Assembly (NCBI RefSeq): GCF_009914755.1
Contig: NC_060927.1
Origin: the human T2T-CHM13v2.0 reference genome, Homo sapiens
Direction: 5' to 3' (one strand)
Length of the DNA stretch: 64,000 nucleotides
A program made the position numbers and the translations under genes. Positions within the stretch are counted from its first letter, which is position 1; each line of letters begins with the position of its first letter. The notes under the pieces are model-generated. The model was not told where the DNA came from and did no database searches. It saw only the letters and a list, made by a program, of their open reading frames with translations. Below are positions 1-21,627 of this stretch, piece by piece.

Positions 1-1410
<1,410 letters not shown>

Positions 1411-3423
1411 GAAGTATTTTCCTACATTAAAAAAAAAAAAAAAGAAAAATGTAATGGGAGACTTCCAGTCTAAATGAAATGGTAAAGACTTGTTTCTCCC
1501 CATGTCTCCTTATTAAATAAACAAACTCTGGAAATAACAAACAAGGCAACCAAAGGAGAACTCTGAAAGGTGCTTAAAGGAAGACGAGATGGTTTAGGAC
1601 CCCAGAGCTGAAGGAACAGCACAGCACGTGCACACCTTAAGTTCCCCCACCCAACAGAAGGAGGAGACCAAGGCCTGACATTTCCCAACCCCAACCTACC
1701 ACCCAGGTAGCCCAAGTAGGCTCATTCCTCCCACATTTGAATAGGAATCCTGTCAGTGCCAGGGGAGCCCTGCTAAATTGGCAAGGGGAAATCAATCAGG
1801 ACCCCCCCACCAACAATAAGTTTCCTGGGGAAGTGCTCTTCTTCCTTGCTGGGCCTGGGACTCCCCTGCTCCACAGAGAGATCCCAGGATGGCCAGGCAG
1901 CACTGGCAAGAAGGACCCTATCACAGCAAGCCTATGCCTGGAAACCTCATCAAAAGTAAGTGGGGCAGATGGGTGGCACTGGCAAGGGGGCCCCTGCCAC
2001 AAGGGCCTGATATAAGAGGCCTCTTCATGCCTATGTACCTGAGATTCTCTCTATCGCAGAGAGACAGCAGGTAACTGGGAGGCTATAACAACCAGTCTGG
2101 CCTGGGAAGCATCTTTGTCACCATAAGCATGAACTCCCCTGCCCTGCCAGATACACAGAAGCAGGCTGGGTGAAGGGGATTACCAATCAAGGGGATCCTG
2201 CCACAAAAAGTGCCATCTCTTCCAGGAGTTCCCTGCTCAAGAACCTATAGCTTACTTCCTGCACCAATGGGTTTCCTTTCTGCCTCCCAGCCCCCATGCT
2301 GACTACTTCCAACCCAGTAGCATCACTTAGACAAAGGCTGCTATGTGTACAGGTGTGAGTGCTTAATTACTGCGGAGATGGGGAGTCATTCTAGAAAGTG
2401 AGCAGTAAGATCAACACGACCGCAGGACAGGGGTGCTAAGTTAGAGCAGAAGTTGAAAAGCAAAAGCCTGGGAAGGCTAAGAAACACCATCCCCTTAAGA
2501 TTAAAAAGGAAGAGAGAGGCCTAAGAAGCACCGTGGAGGAAGAAGACTTTAACCAACGGCTTTTTTTTTTTTTTACAAGGAAGTTACCTAACTGTATCTG
2601 GCATCATCAGAGAATAATAAAGTCTCATAAATAACTGAATTCTTTAAGACAAACAATGTTTTTACCTCTGAGGGAAAAAGCTCCTCCTGTTATATAACCT
2701 TTTCGAATGAACTTTTTAATGTATCCCATATTCCTCTACTTTCTTACACAGAGGGCACAGAACAGAACTTCCTAGCTGATTTAGCACCAACATTTTAAGT
2801 ATCAGCCATTTCACGGTGTGAAGGAGGCCTTCGAAGCCTTTTGGATATGTAGGGCTACTTTTCCCTTTCCTATTGCCCAATTGTTGAATTCTTATCTCTT
2901 ATGACAGCTTTTCATTTCCTTACCTGTTCTTTCTCTGTAGGTTTGCCTACTTCCAGAAATCTAAACACCCTCATGATGGTGATTTCTGATTTTTTAAGGA
3001 CCGAAAAACCAGATAGATAAACTTCTTAGAATGATTTCTACAGCTAGAACAGAGATTCTAAAAGAGGGCCTGCATCCTTCTCTTGGGAGTAAAGTACACG
3101 GACTGTGTTAAATCAATTCCAGTTGAAAGTTCAGATGATTCTTCAGGTAACTTTCTTGATTCTCACTTATGTTACAGATGACTGAGGTAAACCCCCGATA
3201 AATGAGGTGTTTTCAAGCTGGTACTTCTTTATTATTTATAATAATGGTAGAAAGAGGCACGACATGTCAGCTTTTAACAAACAGCAAGCAGGTTACATAC
3301 TGCTTTCTCTCTGTCTCTTTCCTCCCACCTGTCAAAACATGCTGGGAACCTTTTGAACTTTGGAAATCTAACAAAAAAAATTTTTTTTAATGTAATATTC
3401 CATCACTAAACAGGTTGTGGTGA

Positions 3424-4125
<702 letters not shown>

Positions 4126-4373
4126 TAGTTTTTAAATAACTGGAAATTGGCTATAATACTAACTCCTATATTTTGAAGTCTTACATCACATGCACATTTG
4201 TAATAAGGCTACTGAACACAGAGGTACACATATTTATTAATCAATCCTTGCCTATTTGCACAAAATATATTGATATCTTAGATTAGAAGCAACTCTTCAT
4301 ATTTGTATTCCTATATATTATGTAGTATATACCAGTTTCATAAAATGGATTTGTACATAAACGCTGTACTTAC

Positions 4374-4429
4374 CACTAAAACTTTCAGAATTAGATGGTT
4401 CTGATAGGCAGATTCCAATCTGTGATTCT
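4374..4429 (-). CDS. ANO10: ANO10 exon 7 (56 nt, c.1163-1218) ENHRLESAYQNHLILKVLV
   Basis: Manual translation; completes the anoctamin W-ENHR motif across the junction; acceptor ttAG 4430-31, donor GTAAGT 4368-73. Confidence 0.95.
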
Positions 4430-5207
4430 CTAAAACATTAAAACACACAGGTAACTTCTCAGTAAGAAAACAATACGAAAGCACTGTTATGAGGTAAAGT
4501 GAGTTGCATTGAGGGCGGAGATGTCCAACATCAGAGCCTCAGTCAGTAAATGTACTAGGCTGTCAATCACAGCTATGCCTTACCACCAAGAGCATCAAAC
4601 AGGGACACATTTTTCAGGGTACTGCAATAGCACTGTAGTCTGAAATTATTTTTTAAATTACTGCTACAAAGAAATTTGGGAAGTGCTGGCAAACAATCCT
4701 ACAGACAGCCACCCAAAGACCCTGTATAAGAAGTAATAGTGAAAACTAATAATAGTAACCTCTAGAGAAGAGGGCAATAAATAAAGTTTTCTGTAAATAA
4801 AGTTCTGTAAGTAAAGTTTCATGTGGCTTACAAGGGTTAACTTGAAAGGAAACTCAAATTTCTATCTTCACCTAGAAAAGGTAATACTGCATAGATCCCA
4901 AAACAGCAAGATAAAATGACAAAAAGGAAGATTCTGAAGAGAAGTGTCATCTTACACATAGAGTGTTGGACTGACCTATATTTGAACACCAACTCAGCTA
5001 CTCAGCCACTGCCTAACCTTGGGTAAGTTACTTAACCTCCTGATACTCAGCCTTATTCCCTCAAAACAAGGCTGACCATCTTCCTCCCAGGGTCACTCTC
5101 AGGATCAGAAATAATATAAAACTTTAGCCTAGTATTAGCACAAGGAAAGTACTTGATAAATGACAGCTGATATTGTCATACAACTAATAAAAATAATTTA
5201 AATCATC

Positions 5208-5501
5208 TTTTTTTTTTTGTGAGACGGAGTCTTGCTCTGTCGCCCAGACTAGACTGCAGTGGCACGATCTCGGCTCACTGCAACCTCTGCCTCCTGGATT
5301 CAAGTGATTCTCCTGCCTCAGCCTCCTGAGTAGTTGGGACTACAGGCGTGTGCCACCACGCCCAGCTAAATTTTTTTATTTTTAGTAGAGACGGGGTTTC
5401 ACCATATTGGCCAGGCTGGTCTCGAACTCCTGAACTTGTGATCTGCCCACCTCAGCCTCCCAAAGTGCTGGGATTCCAGGCGTGAGCCACTGCGTCTGGC
5501 C
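5208..5501 (-). repeat. Alu (AluS)
   Basis: Full dimer in intron 6. Confidence 0.9.
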
Positions 5502-6248
5502 CCTAAAACATATTTATGTCCCATAAAGTTAAGGCTTTGACTTCTTCCTAGGGAATAATATAGCGAATTTGTTCATTGGTTTGAATGAATAAATAAAGAG
5601 TCAATGGCCTATCAAGACCATTTTCAACTTATAACCAAGTTCCTTTTTTACCACAGATACATCCATAAACACCTGCCTTCAATGAGCTCAACAGCAGTCC
5701 TCAGTGCCTCACACCAACTAGACACTCCATTTTAGGAAACTGGTCATAGTTGATTCAGCTGAGTATCATGAAGACATTTTTTTTTTCTTTCTTCTGTGGC
5801 TCTAGCCAGTGAAACAATTTCAATCTATTTTACCCTCGGCATGAAACACAATGTTATGTATTAGGAGCACAAGCTTTGGAAAGATAGGTCTGAATTAGTC
5901 TAGCTCCACTATTTGCTGTCTGAACCTCATTAAGCATCAGTTATCTTTATCCATAAAAGGGTGAAATAACTTCTACTTCACGGTACCCTTGAGAAGGTGA
6001 TGGTGAGATACTGTGAATAAAGTGCTTAGCAGGGCACCTAGAACATAGTAATTAACACATAATAAATGAGAGTTACGATAACCATGGCATGGAGATCATC
6101 AGTGTTCACAAAGCTGATAAATTTTTCCTTATGTCTCTATAATGAGCCAAGAGCAACATCTATTTTCTCTGCAAGGTAGCAGCTATGTGAATCCCATGAT
6201 CTAGGCAACATTTCTTACAGGCAAGTAAGACGTGAATATAAAGCCTCA

Positions 6249-6881
<633 letters not shown>

Positions 6882-8032
6882 TCATTTCAAGTACGCTTAT
6901 TCATTTTTTAGTTAAGTGGGGATCATTCAACCCTCACTTCCCAAACAGCGTGTGGTGGTAAATCTACCCTCCATGCAGTATAAAGACCCTGCTTGTCTGC
7001 ATGGCAGGTCCAACATTTCCCCCAGGTTAGGGGCCAGGCCTTAGCTGGGGGGGCTGCTCCGCCAGGTGCCTGGACTCTGTTTCCCCTCACCTGATGGATA
7101 CCTTCTTCCCAAAGGAAAACTCATCTTGTAGCTTACCCAAAATCTCCAAGGTCCTAATTTAAGTTCAGCCATGTCCACTGAACATTAATTTGGGGGTTTA
7201 ATTTATGCTCCCCACTTTTCTCCCACTTAGTGTTATAAATGTTCTTTTTGACGAAGACTCCCCATCCACAAAATTCTGCTCTTCCCTACCCAGAGACATA
7301 AACTTTCATCAATGTGTTATGGAAGATTTTTCAATACACTAAAGAAAAATTATTCAAAAGCACAAAACAGGATTCTACACATGAACTTCCAGAACAGCCA
7401 TGGAACACATTTATCAACACTTTCATATATGCACTGGGCAGAAGAAGGTCCAAGCAACATGACTGCTAATGTTCTGTGAACTCAACACAAGCTAAATGAC
7501 TCTAGAGGGGTCACCAACACTGCATCCTTTGCCAGCCTCATCCACATGGGGAGTGCTTGGATCATAAGAGCATCTTGTACCAGGACCAGGGTGGGAAGCA
7601 GGGGGTGAGAGGAAGTGTGACAGTTGGTGTTATTATTTCTTAGTTAATAATACACAGTTAACATATTTTTCTTAAGATAATTTGAGCAGTCTACAAAAAT
7701 GAGTTAGAATGAACTGAGATAGGCTATTTTCTCCTATCCTTAATTCTTCCCCCTAACCCAAGAGCAAATGAAAACAGTAGGTATGATTTCACCTCAAATT
7801 TAAATCAGGTTAAAGAACATCCGATCATTTCTTTTTAAAAGATGCTCATGACACTTGGCTCCACAGCAGATGACCTTCCCCTTTCAATCTCAAGGAGCCT
7901 CAAGATCCACCTATGTCCCAGATGCTATCACCAGTCTCAGTCCCCAGCGACCCCAAATCCACTACCACCCCATGCCTAGCCTTCACCATCGACTCACTTT
8001 CTCCCCTTACTTTCTAAGAAGTAGCTAACAGA

Positions 8033-8352
<320 letters not shown>

Positions 8353-8974
8353 CTAACAGATAGTCACTTTACAAGTCCTAGAGGCAATATTCAAATTTCC
8401 TGCCACTTAAATGCCAAAACAAAGTTAAACAGTTGTTAAGTGTAATATAAAATGACTATTGTATGACCTGGAATTAACAATAACAAAACTTTTCCTTTCA
8501 GAGAATATAAACAAAATTCAAAATGTAATTTAGGGTTTGATCTTACAACAATTTTTGTTTGGTAAAACATTATATAATAGTTGTTTTCAGAAATAGAAAA
8601 CAGAAAGAAAATTATTTTAGGATACCATTAAACAAAACCAAAAGGAAAATGTCCTTTAAAGAAAAAAAAATGATAGTAATGCAAAGGTGAAATCTACCAG
8701 CTTAAAAAACATAACCAGACTAAAATATTTGAACATCCATATTGACAAAATTTTAAATAATGTCCAGCACATACCAAATAAATTAATAATTATTCTTATA
8801 ATTATATTCAAAGAAAATTGACAGATCCAGTAATGCATGCCAAGGTAATTACAAATCACCTCAAAAGATGTTTGGCCTGCTAGTTGCCCTAAGTGTGGCA
8901 TAGCTTGTTTCATTCTAAATAACTGGCTCCTCAAAAATAGAAATTTTCAAATACAAAATAGTCATTTATAGTCA

Positions 8975-9423
<449 letters not shown>

Positions 9424-9440
9424 TTAGAACATCAAAAAAT

Positions 9441-9745
9441 GCAAGGCACAATAGCTCAGACCCATAATCCCAACACTTTGGGAGCCCAAGGCACAAGGAT
9501 CGCTTGAGCATGAGTTCAAGATCAGCCTGAGCAACACGGCAAAACCTCGTCTTTACAAAAAATTAGCTGGGGATGGTGGTGCACGCCTGTGATCTCAGCT
9601 ACTCAGAAGGCTGAGATGGGAGGATTGATTAAGTCTGGAAGGTCAAGGCTGCAGTAAGCTGTGATCATCCCACTGCACTCCAGCCTGTGACATAGTGAGA
9701 CCCTATCTCAAAAAAAAAAAAAAAAAAGTTTAAAAAAAGAAAAAA
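9441..9745 (+). repeat. Alu (AluJ)
   Basis: Diverged dimer with J diagnostics (GGTCAAGGCTGCAGT). Confidence 0.85.
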
Positions 9746-9896
9746 GGGGTCATCTAACCTATCTTATTCCCTCCATCAAAATGTTTTCCCACATGTAGCT
9801 GGTGATCCCTGCCCAGTAGAGCACTAAATATCTGCCCAAGGGAGCTGACTCCACTGCTAGATCGTAACTTTTCATCAGAGGCCTTCCTCTTCTTTA

Positions 9897-10109
<213 letters not shown>

Positions 10110-11205
10110 CTATAAGGACACTCCACAGAGGAGTACAACGCAAAGGTCAATGTCATACTGCCTACTCCAAACCTGTATATTCTTTCATTTTTCAGAATGT
10201 AAATATCTTTACTATTCTCTTTGACTATGAAGCAAAAAAGTAAATATAAAATTTTAAACCATATAGAAGTGTAAAAATTAAGACTATGAGAGGCCCGTTA
10301 GTCTCTCTTTCCCCTTGAAAATAACCACTGTAAAAAGCAATATAGTGTATAACCAGACATAAAAATATATCCATATATATTTTAAGAACAAAAATAAAAT
10401 CATTTTATACACACTATGTTGTTTCATAATCTTTTCTCATGTAGTAGTATACAGTGAATATTTTTTGATGCCAGTAAAAATAGAATATGAAATGTCCTTT
10501 TAACAATACCATAATATTCCCTTGTATGAAATGCTGTAATTCAACTAATCTTCTATTTAAAAATATGTTTCCTTTTGCTATTGTAAATAATGCTAAAATT
10601 TGTACAAATACCTTTCCCTACCTGTCTACTATTTCCTTAGTAAATATACTTAGAGGGGGAACTGCTAGGTCCAAGGGCATAGTATTTTAATATTTGATAC
10701 ATATTATAAAATTGTCTCCAGAAAAAATTTGCCAATCTGTCCTTCCACTACAGTGAAGGTAAGAAAATGTTCAGTTCTTTTCATTCTTGTTGATACAGAG
10801 TATTTTCAATCCTTTTCATCTCTTCTAATCTGATAACAAAAGCTTACACTCACAAATAGCAAATAACAAAATCAAATTAAGACTTCCTACTTTTAGCAGT
10901 CATTTGACTAGTATGGTTTGAACACTCATGCATATATCTGGAAGAGACAAATGAATTTAACCAAAGACAGTATCTCCCAGCAATATTAAATGAAAATTTG
11001 GAATTCTGTCATCCACAGTAATTACTTAGAATGACTCAGTGGGTGGAGAAGAGTGTCTTCAGATCTTTAAGAGGAAGTGTGTTCTGTAGATATGGAGAAC
11101 TCAAATGCAGTGCCTTGTGCCATATTTGGGGAGATGGAATATTTTCCACATGAGTTCCTAATACAGTCTCTTACTAAGAATATGGTTGCTTATAAAATGA
11201 AATTT

Positions 11206-11512
11206 GGCCAGGCACAGTGACTCACACCCATAATTCCAGCACTTTAGGAGGCTGAGGCGGAGTATTGCTTGAGGTCAGGAGTTCAAAACCAGCCCAGGTA
11301 CCATCACAAGACCTCCATCTCTACAAAAAATTTAAAAATTAGCTGAGCGTGGTGGTGTGTGCCTGTAGTCCTAGCTACTCAGGAGGCTGAGGTGGGAGGA
11401 TGGCTGGAGTCCAGGAGTTCAAGGCTACAGTGAGCTATGATAATGCCACTGCAGTCCGGCCTGGGCAACAGAGCAAGACCTCATCTCGAAAAAAAAAAAG
11501 AAAAAAAAAAAA
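11206..11512 (+). repeat. Alu (AluJ)
   Basis: GAGTTCAAGGCTACAGTGAGCTATGAT; A-tail. Confidence 0.88.
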
Positions 11513-11731
11513 GATAAAATTTGCATTAAGAAAGGATGCTTTGCTGTTTTCATCCATTGATAAGTTTTGAGCTTCTTTAAGGTTTATCAGCTCAAGTCTT
11601 CAGAGAGCTACCTCTCTTATCTCTTATCTACCTGTTACCAGAGACAGATGATAAAAATATCAGGCATAAAACCCCTTATTGAGGACTGGCAAATAAATGT
11701 CTGCAGTGTGGAATAGAAACACAAAGTTTTT

Positions 11732-12019
11732 GGCTGGGCGCGGTGGCTCACACCTGTAATCCCAGCACTTTGGGAGGCCAAGGCGGGTGGATCACAAGGT
11801 CAGGAGATCGAGACCATCCTGCCGAACACCGTGAAACCCCATCTCTACTAAAAATACAAAAAAATTAGCCGGGCGTGGTGGCGGGCGCCTGTAGTCCCAG
11901 CTACTCGGGAAGCTGAGACAGGAGAATGGCATGAACCCAGGAGGCAGAGCTTGCAGTGAGATCACACCATTGCACTCCAGCCTGGGTGACAGAGCGAGAC
12001 TCCGTCTCAAAAAAAAAAA
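11732..12019 (+). repeat. Alu (AluY)
   Basis: GAGATCGAGACCATCC, GAATGGCATGAACCC; TSD AGAAACACAAAGTTTT. Confidence 0.92.
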
Positions 12020-13809
12020 GAAACACAAAGTTTTCAGTGTAGAAACACTACATAGAGACAATGTATTCTTAGGACAGGTCCCCATCATAAAATCTTCAGA
12101 GTAACTTAAAAGTAAACCCAACTTCTTAGACATGAAAAAGAAAAAGATAATCAAGAGATATCTGGTACTAACAATAGGAAAAGTCTGAAAAAAAAGATTC
12201 TTCATATATGTTTCTTCCCACAATTATATTTTCATAAGTTACACGAGGAGAAAAGTTTTTAAAAGCTAGGTTTGTGATAAAATTCTCCTTCATGATTGTA
12301 AAAAAGTATATACTCAAAGTATCAGTAACTAGGGTAAAAAGACATGGTTGAAGTTACTCAGCCTCTGGTACTGTCGAATCCATTTTTTAATATTTTAATT
12401 CTAACATGGTTCAGTGGATTTTTCTTCAGCTTAGAAGAGTTAGAGTTGATCACACATGACTGTTCTGATTCTTATTCCTTATTTGGGGATGTACAGGCTA
12501 CAGCTGATTCCTTCTTCCTATCACTACTCTTGTAAATTACTACATCAAGTTTTTTAACGGAACTGACTTACAGCATATAAATTATTTTACTATTTCTAAG
12601 TTCTCTTTACAAAGATGACTCCATTCTACTGTAGAAGACTTCCCAGGCAGGCATAAAAACCAGTTTCTAAAAATAGGACTGTGAACTGAAGACTCAGAGA
12701 GAATATAAAGCTGCAGGTCCTAAATTACTGATCTTCTCTTCATCAGTGCCAAAGTCATGGTTCTGTTTTCAGCTTCTAAAAATAGAAGTTTGCTTTTTGG
12801 TTTTTTTTTTTTAATCCTTCAAACTTCTCATGTCAGTTAAGAATGTAATTACTAGGAAGGAGCCTTACCTTCAAAGGAAACCATGATGCCATGTGGGCCT
12901 ATTTAAAGAAAGCAAAAACTTAAGCCAGATTCCTTCCTTCAAGAGTGCTGAATGATCTCTTATCAAGTACTGGGGATATGGCTGTAATAGCCATTGAACC
13001 GTGAGCCAAACAAATCAAAATCTAGTTTAAGAGAGACTATCAGTAATGTAGTTTACAGTAGGACCCTCCAAATTAACTAATGCAATAACAATACTAACAC
13101 AGTACTGCTTCTGTCTTTGGTTTATGTGATGTGTTTACTTCAAAAGTAAAAGCAAAATCCCTCTCATAACGCCTTACAGCATTTCTGTGGGACAGAGAGG
13201 AGCAGGTCATGCTACCTCCGATCCAGCAGGGGGTGATAAGCACAGATGCCCGCAGGAAGTGGTGGCCAGCAGCCTTTGCACGATGAAGACAGTCCCTGTC
13301 CCCACAGCTGCTGCTGCACCTAGTACTCTAACTCTAGCACTCAGGTGTGAACAGATCACTTTTGTCTTAATAAAGAAAACAGTATCTTTCTTAAAGAAAA
13401 TGCTATCATAAGGTTCTAAAAGAATATCTATATAATATTAAAGACATAATATATGTGCCAGGTGGTCCCATCAATCAAAACATGATAATCATCCAATAGA
13501 CATTTTGAGACACAGCTTTGATCTAAATCAAGTAATATCCCTTAGGATATGGTTAAAATGTTAAGAAACCTTGGATCCCTTAAAAACTCCTCTTTCTAAA
13601 ACTCTTTCATTAGGTTATTTGCATGATGATTGACTGTTAAGCACTAGGAGAAGGCAGAGTCTGAGGGCATGAAAAGATCTTAGACCACATGAAAACAGGA
13701 AATGAATGGCTGTCAAGATGAATGCTTGAGGACTAAGACACATGTAGCCAATTACTAATTCTCCATGTTGCTTGTCATGTGGTGGAATGAGGGGGAACCC
13801 CAATATGCA

Positions 13810-14255
13810 TGTAAGGAACATGGCTGTGCTTTGGTTGAGGATAGCCCAAGGTAAACATCCAGAGTGACTCAGCAAGTTTAGAGCACAGGCATATAACTCC
13901 ACTTGTTATCATAGCCATGTAGCCATAATGTGGCTTTAATAGATGGACAGTGGGAAGCCAGGACACGGCTCGGCTCACTCATACCCAGAGAGAGAGTTAG
14001 GCTGCTGACCCTGAAGGGAGAGCCGACCACGCAGCTGTGTATGGGAGCCACCGGACTAAGCAGCTGAGACAGGGCGAACAGTGTGAGAGAGCTAGTGTAA
14101 GTAAGCTGCTGATGAGAGAGCTGCTGAATAAAACTACCTTTCACCTGCCTACGGACCCCCTTCAGCTATCGGCTCATCCACCCACTCCCTTTGGACCTCA
14201 GCATGAGCTGGAACCTGACCCCAAGCATAACATTTGGCATAGTCATGGACCTACA
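13810..14255 (+). mobile_element. Solo LTR18 (LTR18B-like, ERVL)
   Basis: TGTAAGGAACATGG...ACA with 5-bp TSD ATGCA; AATAAA ~14127; TTGGCATAGTC PBS-like motif near the 3' end. Confidence 0.8.
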
Positions 14256-15539
14256 ATGCACATCTCACAGCGCCATCTAACTGCTTCGAAATCATGTTTA
14301 CGTGACAAAACTTGGTATCTACTTAATGAAAGCGTTCTATCAAAACACAACATTACAGCAAGCAGCAAGCAACTTTACACGCGTGTGTAAAATGAAAATC
14401 AAATTAAACGTAAGATCTGGGGAGTGTTTCTCATGAAAGCCCTGACCACCTTTCAGTCTTGAGGGGTATCACATTGGGCAGACTAAAGCCTCTCCTCTCA
14501 ATTAGCCTCAAAGAGACTGCCCAGGGGAGCAGCTGCCTTCAAGTAAGATGAAAATAGCTTTTCCTCTTATTTCTATGGTTTAACTTAATGAAAATCTAGT
14601 ATTTAAGTTACTCTAAGTTTTATTAGTTCTAAAATTTGCACTCTGAAAATAGGTCATAGTTTTAATTATGCATATACCACTTTTCTTCAACCAAGTATTA
14701 TAAAATTAAAATGATGCAAAAAACACAGCAGTTTAAGGATCACACTCTCAAAGGCATAAAAGAACAGAATAATGCAGCATTTAAAATCCCAGGGTTGACA
14801 ACTTAATTCTTATCTCAAATAGTATAAAAATCTTTCCAATGACCATGATCAAAATGATTTTATTGTATTCATATTTAGTACCAAAACGGAAGGAAAGGGA
14901 AGGGAGAAGAGAGGAAGAAAGGAAAAAAAACAACCTTTGTTTACAAAAGCCTCATCCTGCCAGCAAGAAAGTTATTTCTATTATTGCTTCAGGATACCAG
15001 ACTGGCTACCTACACAGTTAGAGAAATCCATTTACATATTTCCTTGAAGGTTTTCATTCATCTTAAAATTTCTCTCTTTGAAGCAACTGGAAGCATTTGA
15101 AAAACTGCTGCTCCATTATCCCATCTGATCAAAGAGCACACACACTCTTTTCTCAGTCCCAACCACATCCAAGAGAATGTACCTGTGCAGAAACTCACAG
15201 GTGGAAGCCGTGATTTCCACATTATCAATGTGGATGAAAAGGGAGAAACAGAATGCTTACGTTAGCAATCAGGACTGTGCCCCAGTCTGCTTTGTATTTT
15301 ATTGGATGCAGTACCCAGCTGTGTCTGAAAACATGCCTTCCCACTAGGAGATTAAGAAAGATTCAAAAATTTTGGGACAGTATCAAACAACTGCTTAACT
15401 ACAGAATGTGGAAATCCTGGTTACAAATAGTGGCAGAAAGATACCTCTGCCCTGTTCTTGTTCATGATGCCAAATTAAAAACAAAAGGAAACAAGAAACA
15501 TAAAAAGAAATCCCTAACTTTGATGCAAGTATGAAAAAA

Positions 15540-19640
<4,101 letters not shown>

Positions 19641-20373
19641 TATTTTTTAAATTGACAGAAACTAATGGAAAATAAACACAAAAATTGTAAGATGCTTGGG
19701 AGAAGTATTTTCCTGCCATATGTTATACAAATTGAAAAGAATCATTTAGATGTCCACAGTACAGATGATAAACCCTGTTTTCATTGGAACTCTGAATACA
19801 GTTCACAGTAGGCTAGAATAAATACTACATCTTACTTACAAATAAAGTAAAAATAATAATTTATCCTAAGAAAATACTCTAAAATGCAAGAAGGTCGAGA
19901 AAGATTAGAATTTGAAAAAGCTCTGTCAAAAGTAAGGCACAATTCTGAACACAAAAGAGTAAGTTAGGAAGGAAGTTAGAGAGTTAGGAAGCTAGAGAGG
20001 CAAATAAAAGAAAATCTCAGAAGGCCTTCTATTCCCCATCATGTCTAAGGAAATCAGGAAGACCAGAGAAGATACAGCATCACCTAAGAAGAATTCTTGC
20101 CAAAAATTTTTCCAGTTTTCAGGAAAAACAGAGGATAGGGGAACAATGAGAAAACGATCTAAGAGACAAATGGCATGGTCTCTTCAGCAAGTTGATGCCA
20201 TGAGGGAAAAAATGGAAAAGAGAAACTATTCTATATTAAAAGAGACAGACATAACCAAACAACATGGGTTAACCTAGACTGGATCTCAGTTTGAGCAAAC
20301 AAGCTCTAAAATATATTTGGTGACAACTGGGAAAATGTGAATATGAACTGGTTCTTGGGCATCTGTCTGCCTG

Positions 20374-21130
20374 TGACAGATAGGACTAGCTGGATTTCCT
20401 AGGCCGACTAAGAATTCCTAAGCCTAGCTATGAAGGTGACCACACCCACCTTTAAACATGGGGCTTGTAACTCAACTCACACCCAACCCATCAGTTAGTA
20501 AAGAGGGCTCACTAAAATACCAATTAGGCTAAAAGCAGGAGGTAAAGAAATAGTCAAATCATCTGTCGCCTGAGAGCACAGGGGGAGGGACAATGATCGG
20601 GATATAAACCCAGGCATTTGAGCAGGGAGCGGCAACCCCCTTTGGGTCCCCTGCCATCATATGGTAGCTCTGTTTTCACTCTATTAAATCTTGCAACTGC
20701 ACATTCTTCTGGTCCGTGTTTGCTCCGGCTCAAGCTGAGCTTTTGCTCACCATCCACCACTGCTGTTCGCCGCAGTTGCAGACCCACCATTGACTTCCAT
20801 CCCTCCAGATCAGGCAGGGTGTCCGCTGCGCTTCTGGTCCAGTGAGGCACCCATTGCCACTCCCAATTGGGCTAGAAGCTCGCCATTGTTCCTGTGCAGC
20901 TAAGTGCCCAGGTTCATCCTAATGGAGCTGAACACTAGTTGCTGGGTTCCACGGTTCTCTTCCATGACTCACGGCTTATAATAGAGCTATAACACTCACT
21001 GCATGGCCCAAGGATCCATTCCTTGGAATCCGTGAGGCTCCCCAGGTCAGAGAACAAAAGACTTGCCCCCACCTTGGGAGCAGCCTGCCCCCATCCTGGG
21101 AGCTCTAAGAACAAAGATCCACCAGTAGCA
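20374..21130 (+). mobile_element. Solo LTR17 (HERV-W/HERV17), 757 bp
   Basis: TG...CA ends, 4-bp TSD CCTG (20370-73, 21131-34); diagnostic GGACTAGCTGGATTTCCTAGGCCGACTAAG; TATA (GATATAAA ~20601) and ATTAAA ~20683. Confidence 0.92.
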
Positions 21131-21363
21131 CCTGGATGAAGATTGGAAGGTGGTATTACACTATTAAAAGTAAACCATGAGAGGTTCCAAGATGGCCGAA
21201 TAGGAAAAGCTCCAGTCTACAGCTCCCAGCATGAGCGGCACAGAAGAGAGGTGACTTCTGCATTTCCAACTGAGGTACCAGGTTCATCTCACTGGGGCTC
21301 GTTGGACGGTGGGTGCAGGACAGTGGGTGCAGCGCACGGACAGAGCCGAAGCAGGGCGAGGAA

Positions 21364-21627
21364 TCACCTCACCCAGGAAGCACAAGGGGTTGGGGAATTC
21401 CCTTTCCTAGCCAAGGGAAGCCGTGACAGATGGCACCTGGAAAATTGGGTCACCCTGACCCTAACACTGCACTTTTCCAATGGTCTTAGCAAACGGCACA
21501 CCAGGAGATTATATCCTGTGCCTGGCTCAGAGGGTCCCACGCCCACGGAGCCTTGCTCACTGCTAGCACAGCAGTCTGAGATCGAACTGCAAGGCAGCAG
21601 CAAGGCTGGGGGAGGGGCGCCCGCCAT
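21364..21627 (-). CDS. L1 antisense ORF0 homolog, intact 87 aa (MAGAPPPALLLPCSSISDCCAS...), translation unproven
   Basis: C-terminal part of ORF 21364..22137 matches the known L1 ORF0 peptide; ATG in gcaATGg context. Confidence 0.55.
   Translation of the reverse strand: MAGAPPPALLLPCSSISDCCASSEQGSVGVGPSEPGTGYNLLVCRLLRPLEKCSVRVRVTQFSRCHLSRLPLARKGNSPTPCASWVR

Noticed and set aside
14233-14250. TTGGCATAGTC as the primer-binding site of a proviral interior
   Set aside because: It falls inside the TSD-bounded LTR18 and no gag/pol sequence follows, so this is a solo LTR.
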